Below the pieces are notes generated by a model. It saw only the letters and a list, made by a program, of their open reading frames with translations, did no database searches and was not told where the DNA came from. Source: a virus. From it: 64,000 nt of DNA. The translations under genes and the position numbers were made by a program. The DNA lies in IMG/VR virus record IMGVR_UViG_3300013132_000040, positions 12,318 through 76,317 of that record; one strand, given 5' to 3'. This document shows positions 57,952 through 64,000 of the stretch, piece by piece (position 1 is the first letter of the stretch; every line of letters begins with the position of its first letter).

Positions 57952-57968
57952 ATAAATTCATATTAAAA

Positions 57969-58835
57969 CTATACAAGAGAAAAACTATTCACAATTTTAA
58001 TAGCCATCTCTTTTGAATTCATACCCACCTGCTGTCCTGCCTTCTCAAGAAATAGGTCAAGAGTAGATTTAAAGGTTGGTACAAAATCTTCAGGAAAATC
58101 ACTTCCACGCATATCTGCTTTGGAAGACTTCCATTCAGTTTCTAAAATATCCAAAATAGACATTTTTTCCCAAGAACGAAAATAATTAGCAAGTGTATTG
58201 AGGCTTTTAGATCCAGATGGTGAGCAAGGTATTCCAAACCCCATGCAATGATTAACGCTATCCATCAAATCTAGGTTCCATCCAGAGTTCCAGACCATAT
58301 TGTAGGCATACTGAATGCCTTCGGCAAGATTGCTGCATGGCTCAAAACGCTCAAAAATAGGGTTGCACAGAGTAGAATCTAGATAAAGGTTGAGCAAAGG
58401 TAGCATGTAAACACGGTTTGCCCAATCATTTATTGGTTCATTTCTGCAGAACACCTGAACCATTACCGGATTGAAGAAATCGTCAAACAAAACATAGTAC
58501 ACCGTCCAGGGCATCGGTAGGTGATACGAATTGGTTTCAGTTGACTCGTAAATATCATCGCGACGAGCAAGCGCAATTTCTATGAACTGTACCGTAGGTG
58601 GGCGCTCAAAGACCACTACTCGTTGCGTGCTAGAAATCCATCTTATAGCAGGAGGCAACAATCCTAAATCTTCACGATTGTTATCTTGGATTGCATTGAG
58701 TAGATCATTTGCGTTTTTGCGTTCAAGCCTAATTGATTCGGGGCGGCTTTCAATCATAAACGCGTCATTTCTTGAACTATTGAAAAATCCATCAACAGTG
58801 TTATCAGCGTCATGAATGTTTAATTTGATTATCAT
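57969..58835 (-). CDS. Prokaryotic E2-like (Prok-E2_D/PRTRC-B-like) protein, paralog 2
   Basis: LLPPAIRW, FERPP, LPMPWTVY, YMLPLLNLYLDSTLC, VWNSGWNLDL. Confidence 0.6.
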   Translation of the reverse strand: MIIKLNIHDADNTVDGFFNSSRNDAFMIESRPESIRLERKNANDLLNAIQDNNREDLGLLPPAIRWISSTQRVVVFERPPTVQFIEIALARRDDIYESTETNSYHLPMPWTVYYVLFDDFFNPVMVQVFCRNEPINDWANRVYMLPLLNLYLDSTLCNPIFERFEPCSNLAEGIQYAYNMVWNSGWNLDLMDSVNHCMGFGIPCSPSGSKSLNTLANYFRSWEKMSILDILETEWKSSKADMRGSDFPEDFVPTFKSTLDLFLEKAGQQVGMNSKEMAIKIVNSFSLV

Positions 58836-59740
58836 TATATCACCAAATCTTTGAAGAACTTGCTGATGTTGTTTGATTTATCTTCTTCTGTATTTTTAGG
58901 TTTCTTAGAAATTAATTCGCAGTATTTATCAAATTCCATATAGGGTTGAAAATTTGCTGAAAGAATTTCGTCCATTGACAAACGAGAATAAAGCTCAAGG
59001 TAGCGACGTGTATTGGCAAAATCGCCCAAATCAGGGGCTCCAACGTTGCAAGTCAAATCGTTATTGAAGTTTGAAATCCAAAAAGTATTTATACAACCAA
59101 GTATGTAAGAAGAAAAGTTATTATACTTGTCCGGATGTAGGAGACTATTTCCCCAGCAAACACGATTATCAGCGTAAAGGTTTGGCAGTGGCAGTACGTA
59201 AAGGGCAGAGTTGGCGCTTTGAATTGAAGTTGGTGAGCAGAAAATAGAAGCGTCTCTTACATACCTTGTATTTGAATTTTGGTTTTCAAGTTTAAAGAAC
59301 CATATTGTCCAAGGTATGTTTAAATGAAATTCAAATGAGTGATATTCTAATTGTTCTGCTTCAAATCCGCAATCACAACCATATTCTGGATCGCAAGATT
59401 CGCACCGATTATAATCATCTATCTCATTAATCGGTCCTTCTTCGAAATGGATATCGTCATATGTAATTGTTACGCTAAACGGAGGCCGTTCTACGGCAAT
59501 CTGTTCCATGTCTTTCGATACCCACCTAGTTACGGGTGGCAGGATATCGGTATCCATTTTTGACTTACTAAAAAAGTTTTTTGATACTTGTTGAACGTCA
59601 TATGTTGAAACTTCGAAGATGCCATACTCAAATTTGTAGCCATTATCAGAAAGCGTGACTGTTTGCTTAATTGTGTCTACTGGTATGGGAGATTGTGTTG
59701 GTGTTTCTGTGTCACTTACTAGTTCAGATGTTTGCGACAT
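58835..59740 (-). CDS. Prokaryotic E2-like (Prok-E2_D/PRTRC-B-like) protein, paralog 1
   Basis: ILPPVTRW, VERPP, LNIPWTIW, LYVLPLPNLYADNRVCWG, FWISNFNNDL; probable ATG at 59740. Confidence 0.68.
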   Translation of the reverse strand: MSQTSELVSDTETPTQSPIPVDTIKQTVTLSDNGYKFEYGIFEVSTYDVQQVSKNFFSKSKMDTDILPPVTRWVSKDMEQIAVERPPFSVTITYDDIHFEEGPINEIDDYNRCESCDPEYGCDCGFEAEQLEYHSFEFHLNIPWTIWFFKLENQNSNTRYVRDASIFCSPTSIQSANSALYVLPLPNLYADNRVCWGNSLLHPDKYNNFSSYILGCINTFWISNFNNDLTCNVGAPDLGDFANTRRYLELYSRLSMDEILSANFQPYMEFDKYCELISKKPKNTEEDKSNNISKFFKDLVI

Positions 59741-60758
59741 GTTGGGTGTAAACCTTGTCTTTAGGTGGTTGTAGGTTGTTTTCGACAAGATGTGGGGTAA
59801 GTTCCCCAATTTGGTCGGAGAAAGAATCAATCAGTGTTGAAAATGTTGCTTCAGGATTCTGCTGATTATATTCCTCCATACCAATTACTTCTTGTGTTTC
59901 TGTGTTTATAATGCGCCAATTTAATTGGCCAAAGTTATAACGCCTTGATTGAACTACAATATTTTTTTCGTTAGTCAAAAACCTTGTTTCCCATGGACTT
60001 TCACTGTACATCGGGCAGTGCACGGATTGGCCAAAGTTCTTGTCGTAAGTGCAAAGTGGATTGGAATTACTCGAGTTTTTTGCTAGCAACTCGTTTGAAC
60101 AGGACGCTCTGTATTTTGAGGGTCGATCAAATTTGTAGTGTGGCGAAGGTTCGAATCTTACGGTGTTTTCTTTCGCGGTGTAGAAAACGCATGTAGGAAT
60201 TTTGTTGGTATCATATTGCACTTCACACACTTCGCGCAACTTGAAAGAGTTTACGTCTAACAAACTAAAGTATTCAAAGATGTGTTTCTTGTTGATTCTT
60301 TCTATTTGAAGGCCTTCTGGAATTTTGACATCAACAAGAATCTTCGTATGATTTTCATCCCATTCGCAAAATACTCCAGACTCTTGTGATGGGATATTGT
60401 GGGTGAAGGAAACTTCCACAATTTCTTCAAACGGCGCAACATTTTGATTTGGCGGACCATCGGTGTCTTTCACGTTGATGAAAAGCCCGGTGTTATCAAC
60501 GTAGTATTGTTCGCCGTCTGGTCCATTTACGATCTGATATCCCCCGTTATTGCCTAGCGAAACAACCGGGCTAGGAGCCCCAGTGGGACCGTTGGCCCCC
60601 ATAAAGCCTTGTGGGATCGCGCTTAGAACAACGTTATCAAGCGACGCTTGGTCAAGGTTTAGTGGTTCAAGTAGCTTTTCCAGAGAGAATTTTAGGTTAA
60701 GAAAACCATCTTCCGGAGAAGGTTCTTGTTTTTTGGTAAAACTATCTATAATGTCCAT
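59724..60758 (-). CDS. Hypothetical protein
   Basis: 344-aa ORF with several Cys and a short GxxGxxG stretch. Confidence 0.65.
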   Translation of the reverse strand: MDIIDSFTKKQEPSPEDGFLNLKFSLEKLLEPLNLDQASLDNVVLSAIPQGFMGANGPTGAPSPVVSLGNNGGYQIVNGPDGEQYYVDNTGLFINVKDTDGPPNQNVAPFEEIVEVSFTHNIPSQESGVFCEWDENHTKILVDVKIPEGLQIERINKKHIFEYFSLLDVNSFKLREVCEVQYDTNKIPTCVFYTAKENTVRFEPSPHYKFDRPSKYRASCSNELLAKNSSNSNPLCTYDKNFGQSVHCPMYSESPWETRFLTNEKNIVVQSRRYNFGQLNWRIINTETQEVIGMEEYNQQNPEATFSTLIDSFSDQIGELTPHLVENNLQPPKDKVYTQHVANI

Positions 60759-60792
60759 CGATATCCCTATGGTTGATGTACGGTAGAATTAA

Positions 60793-61353
60793 TTACGACC
60801 AGGTAAGGCCAGCTCTGCCAGCTAAAATTGCGTCTTTGTCTTTTGACGCAGTCTGTATCGTTTCTAGGTTTGATTCAAGTAGCAATACTTTGTTTTTTAG
60901 CGCTGAAATTTCGCGCACGTAGCTTCGCTCATTGTGTTCATTAATGCCTATTTCAGACGACGAAATTTTTTTTCTTGAGAGGATTATGTATCCGTCGTCG
61001 TTGATGCCTGTGTGTTTGATGTTGTAGATTCGTTCGTATGTTTTGAGTGTTTGTTCTGCGTTTTTGATGTCGTGGAGGTTGTAGTGTTTTAGTTCTGTTA
61101 TTGTTGCGTTTTCGAGTAGTTTTGTGATGTTTAATGTTTTTACTAGTCCGTTGATTGTTGTGGTGCCGTAGTGGATTTTTGTGTGGTTGGCTAGTGTTTG
61201 TTCGATTTGGGTGGTGTTGGTTGTGTTGAAGTATTCTTCTAGCCATAGTGATTCTTGGGTCATTATGTCTAGGATGGCGTTGGCTAGGAGTAGCCGTGAT
61301 TTTGCGCGGCTTTGTTCGATGTGGTTGTCGAACGGGTTTTTGTATGTGTCCAT
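60793..61353 (-). CDS. Hypothetical protein (N-terminal two-thirds lies in the skewed island)
   Basis: GAGG SD; C-terminal coiled coil. Confidence 0.65.
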   Translation of the reverse strand: MDTYKNPFDNHIEQSRAKSRLLLANAILDIMTQESLWLEEYFNTTNTTQIEQTLANHTKIHYGTTTINGLVKTLNITKLLENATITELKHYNLHDIKNAEQTLKTYERIYNIKHTGINDDGYIILSRKKISSSEIGINEHNERSYVREISALKNKVLLLESNLETIQTASKDKDAILAGRAGLTWS

Positions 61354-61361
61354 GTTGGCCT

Positions 61362-61637
61362 CTATGTTTGGATTTTTATGTCGTGTATTTCGACATGGTT
61401 TTGTTCTACTAGTTGGTAGATGTCGCCTTGGAGGATTATGAGTGAGGCGAGTTGTGGAAACATTTTTTTGGCGATGGTGTAGGCGTTGGTGAGTAGTTCG
61501 AGGCTGGTGTAGATTGGGTGGTTTTTGTCGTCGACTACTAGTAGGCCTATGTTGTTTTCAGTTATGTAAAGGTTCGTTGTTTGGAGCCATGTTTTCCATG
61601 GGTTGTTCAGTGCTTGTATCTCTGTTTTCCAAGACAT
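61362..61637 (-). CDS. Hypothetical protein
   Basis: ORF with normal hydrophobic patterning, in operon order. Confidence 0.55.
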   Translation of the reverse strand: MSWKTEIQALNNPWKTWLQTTNLYITENNIGLLVVDDKNHPIYTSLELLTNAYTIAKKMFPQLASLIILQGDIYQLVEQNHVEIHDIKIQT

Positions 61638-61932
61638 CTGATGTGTACTCCAGTGTTTCTAGCATGAGGTCTCTTGTTGCTAGTACTTTGTTTTTGAAGG
61701 CTTGTTGTTTTTCTTCGGTTTCGTATTCTAGTTGGGCGATGAGGGCTTCTACTAGGACGGCTTGTTCTGCGAAACCTACCGTGATTGTTGCTACTTGTTG
61801 TTCTATGGCGTCTAGTTTTTTTTCGAAGAGTTGGAGTTCTTCTTGAAAAAATCTTTGGTGTGACTTTAGGGCTTGGTCTACTTTGGAGTAGTAGAGTTCT
61901 AGGTCTGCCTGTGTTGTGGGTTGGTCTTTCAT
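61558..61932 (-). CDS. Coiled-coil hypothetical protein
   Basis: Probable ATG at 61932 (ATGA-coupled); LELYYSKVDQALK... heptads. Confidence 0.6.
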   Translation of the reverse strand: MKDQPTTQADLELYYSKVDQALKSHQRFFQEELQLFEKKLDAIEQQVATITVGFAEQAVLVEALIAQLEYETEEKQQAFKNKVLATRDLMLETLEYTSDVLENRDTSTEQPMENMAPNNEPLHN

Positions 61933-62534
61933 TTGTCTGTGTACCAGTCTGGGTTTTGATTGGCATGTGTGTGTAGGCAGAGGTTGATGCGGTAGCTTAT
62001 TTCTGCTAGTTCTACTCTGGTGACTTTGATTGAGTCTGTTGAGAGCGGGCTTGACATGTCTGGGAGGAATGCGCCGGATGATGATTTGTTGGCTTTGAAG
62101 TGGCCGCATTTGAACACGAAGGCTGTTTGGTCGTATTCTCCTTCGCCTTTGCGCCAGTAGTGTGATTTGAATATGCGCGATATTGGTTTGTTGTCTGGTC
62201 CTGTTCCTCCGCCGTAGAATGCTATGCCTTCTTCGGTGGGTACACCCATTTTGGGGTTTGGGGTGTAGATGTTTTTTGCGGTGCCGTTTGTTACTGCTTG
62301 TAGGTAGACTGCGAATAGGATTGAGTCGACGAAGGTTTCTGTGTGTGATTTGAGTTTTGCGTCTGCGCCGGTTGCGCCTATGTCTATGCGGAATTTCCCT
62401 ATGTTGAGTAGGGGTTTGATGGAGAGGAATCCGCTGGCTGACGGTGATTTAAACCATTTTTTGTAGAGGTCTGGTGTTATGGTTTTGCCGTCTTCGGGTA
62501 GTATGATTGTGTCTTCGTCGAGGTTTAGGTCCAT
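61929..62534 (-). CDS. Hypothetical protein
   Basis: Probable ATG at 62534, just after the AAA stop codon; globular composition. Confidence 0.65.
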   Translation of the reverse strand: MDLNLDEDTIILPEDGKTITPDLYKKWFKSPSASGFLSIKPLLNIGKFRIDIGATGADAKLKSHTETFVDSILFAVYLQAVTNGTAKNIYTPNPKMGVPTEEGIAFYGGGTGPDNKPISRIFKSHYWRKGEGEYDQTAFVFKCGHFKANKSSSGAFLPDMSSPLSTDSIKVTRVELAEISYRINLCLHTHANQNPDWYTDK

Positions 62535-62542
62535 TGTTTGCC

Positions 62543-64000
62543 TTAGAATTTTGTCATTACTGTTTGTCGTGTTTTTGGTTTGGTGACGCCCAATATTTTT
62601 TGTGCGTCTTGTAGTTGGGCTGAGCTGGCCCAGTCCCATTCTGCTACGGCGCGTTGGTACATGTCTACTACTGTTGAGCGGTGTTTGATCCACATACGGT
62701 TTTGTTGTGTGGGGATCAGGGTTTCTAGGTCTTGTTGTTGTATTTTGCGTTTGTCTTTTACGGAAATTTTGAATCGCGCTTCGCGGATGACTGCTTTGAT
62801 TTCTGCGCCGGTGAATGTGTCTGTCATTTCGGCTAGTGTTTCGAGGTTGAATTGTTCGGCGTCTTTTCCTAGGTGGATTTTGAAAATTCCGATGCGCTCT
62901 TCGAGCGATGGTAGTCCGACGAACATGATTTTGTCGAAACGGTCTGCGCGTAGCATTTCTGGACTGATGTGTCCTATTTGGTTTGCTGCGGCCATCAGCA
63001 GTACGTTGTCTGGTAGTTCCTGGATGCCTGTGAGGAATTCTCCGTGGACGCGTGACGTTGTGCCGCCGTCCCCTTGGTAGTCGCCTACTGATAGGTCTCT
63101 ACCTAGCTCGTCCATCCAGACTACTAGAGGGGCCATGGCCCTTAGTTGCGCGAATGCTGATCGCATGCGTTTTTCTGACTCGCCGATGAATTTGTCCATC
63201 ATTTGGCTGACGCCGAATTTGGCGAGGTCAAGATCAAGCGAGCTTGCTGTTGCTTCGCATATTGCGGATTTGCCTGTGCCGGGTACGCCGACGAATAGTA
63301 CGCGTCGGAGCGGTATGATGTCGAGTTCGGCTGCTTGTCCTGGGTTGTTCCAGGTCCACACAACGTTTTCGATAAGTTCTTTGGCGAGGTCCAAGCCGCC
63401 GATTTGATCCAGAGAAATTGTTGGCCGGCGAATTTCCAGGATGCCACCCTGCTTAACTCGATCCATCTTCCACTTTGCGATATAGTTGGGGTCGATGGTT
63501 TGGTTTTCGCTTAAACTGAGTAGTGTGACTTGAATAAACTCTTGTTCCGATAGACCAAGGCCGGCTTTCACAACCTTGTTCATGTCTGTGGAAGAGTTTA
63601 CGATGTTGTCATCTTTGCCGAAAATTTCGGCGCAAAGATAACTGAGGTCAACTTCGCTTGGGTAACCGGGGTTGACTGACACAAAGTGGTGTGACAGTTC
63701 TTTAGGGATTTCATCTGTGCATGAAAGGGCAACGAATTGTGGTCCAATCATGTCGGTGTTGTTGTGCAGGACTGCTTTGCGGTATTTGGAGTAGATACCG
63801 ATGAACAATCCCATAAGATCTTCTGCTACCAAATGAGCATTTTGTAGAATGAAGCATCCGTTGTTTTCGATGGCGTGATGGATTGCTTGCTCTAAATTGT
63901 AGCATTGTACTTCTCGTATATCATCGGTTTCTTGTGAACCGATTTCTACGAGTACTATCTTCCATTCGTTGTTTCGCCAAACCATTAGGCCATCGAAACC
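62543..64000 (-). CDS. AAA+ ATPase (Ycf46/SpoVK-like), 5' truncated
   Basis: IGGLDLAK, Walker A GVPGTGKS, KFIGESE, Walker B VWMDE, AAAN, PEMLRADRFD, FTGAEI; frame is open to the window edge. Confidence 0.9.
   Translation of the reverse strand, partial: GFDGLMVWRNNEWKIVLVEIGSQETDDIREVQCYNLEQAIHHAIENNGCFILQNAHLVAEDLMGLFIGIYSKYRKAVLHNNTDMIGPQFVALSCTDEIPKELSHHFVSVNPGYPSEVDLSYLCAEIFGKDDNIVNSSTDMNKVVKAGLGLSEQEFIQVTLLSLSENQTIDPNYIAKWKMDRVKQGGILEIRRPTISLDQIGGLDLAKELIENVVWTWNNPGQAAELDIIPLRRVLFVGVPGTGKSAICEATASSLDLDLAKFGVSQMMDKFIGESEKRMRSAFAQLRAMAPLVVWMDELGRDLSVGDYQGDGGTTSRVHGEFLTGIQELPDNVLLMAAANQIGHISPEMLRADRFDKIMFVGLPSLEERIGIFKIHLGKDAEQFNLETLAEMTDTFTGAEIKAVIREARFKISVKDKRKIQQQDLETLIPTQQNRMWIKHRSTVVDMYQRAVAEWDWASSAQLQDAQKILGVTKPKTRQTVMTKF

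Noticed and set aside
60953-63447. Overlapping alternative-frame and antisense ORFs (60953-61246, 61181-61441, 61514-61846, 61607-61966, 62580-63080 and others) and long N-terminal extensions of 61558-62109 and 61929-62693
   Set aside because: Explained by stop-codon depletion from the strand skew; low-complexity T/N/K/R/H or V/L/G/C sequences with no SD.
1-64000. Stop-codon reassignment
   Set aside because: Long conserved genes (dnaE, nrdJ, structural genes) are intact under code 11, and TAA, TAG and TGA all terminate genes.

Overview
This is a 64-kb internal segment of a large, AT-rich tailed dsDNA phage, probably a contractile-tailed (baseplate J) phage of a Gram-positive/actinobacterial host. 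The host call is inferred from peptidoglycan-binding domains, a CHAP lysin, an actinophage-type NGGSSxKD membrane protein and several leaderless promoters. Layout on the + strand: baseplate and virion structural genes (1-23.3 kb); nucleotide metabolism with an intein-containing class II RNR, ThyX and dCMP deaminase (24-29 kb); seven GT-A glycosyltransferases plus a sugar acyltransferase (29.4-35 kb); replication genes including a DnaB-like helicase, an AEP primase fused to a PriL-like domain, DnaE and Cas4-like nucleases (35-47 kb); then a sigma factor, tail fibre and CHAP lysin (47-50.7 kb). The - strand (50.7-64 kb) carries dNMP kinase, a PnuC-like protein, atypical tRNAs, a UDG-like protein, SSB, a MerR-type HTH protein, two tandem prokaryotic E2-like proteins and an AAA+ ATPase. 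Most notable observations: (1) an Ala-Thr-Pro tripeptide occurs 18 times, with synonymous codon variation, in one giant baseplate protein of a genome carrying a large glycosyltransferase cluster, suggesting a sequon-directed virion O-glycosylation system; (2) a ~2.4-kb island of extreme G+T/A+C strand skew whose borders fall inside genes; (3) a tandem pair of ubiquitin-E2-like paralogs; (4) a candidate TTACTATA phage promoter embedded in an SD-sequestering hairpin. All calls are from motif reading by eye; no database searches were run.
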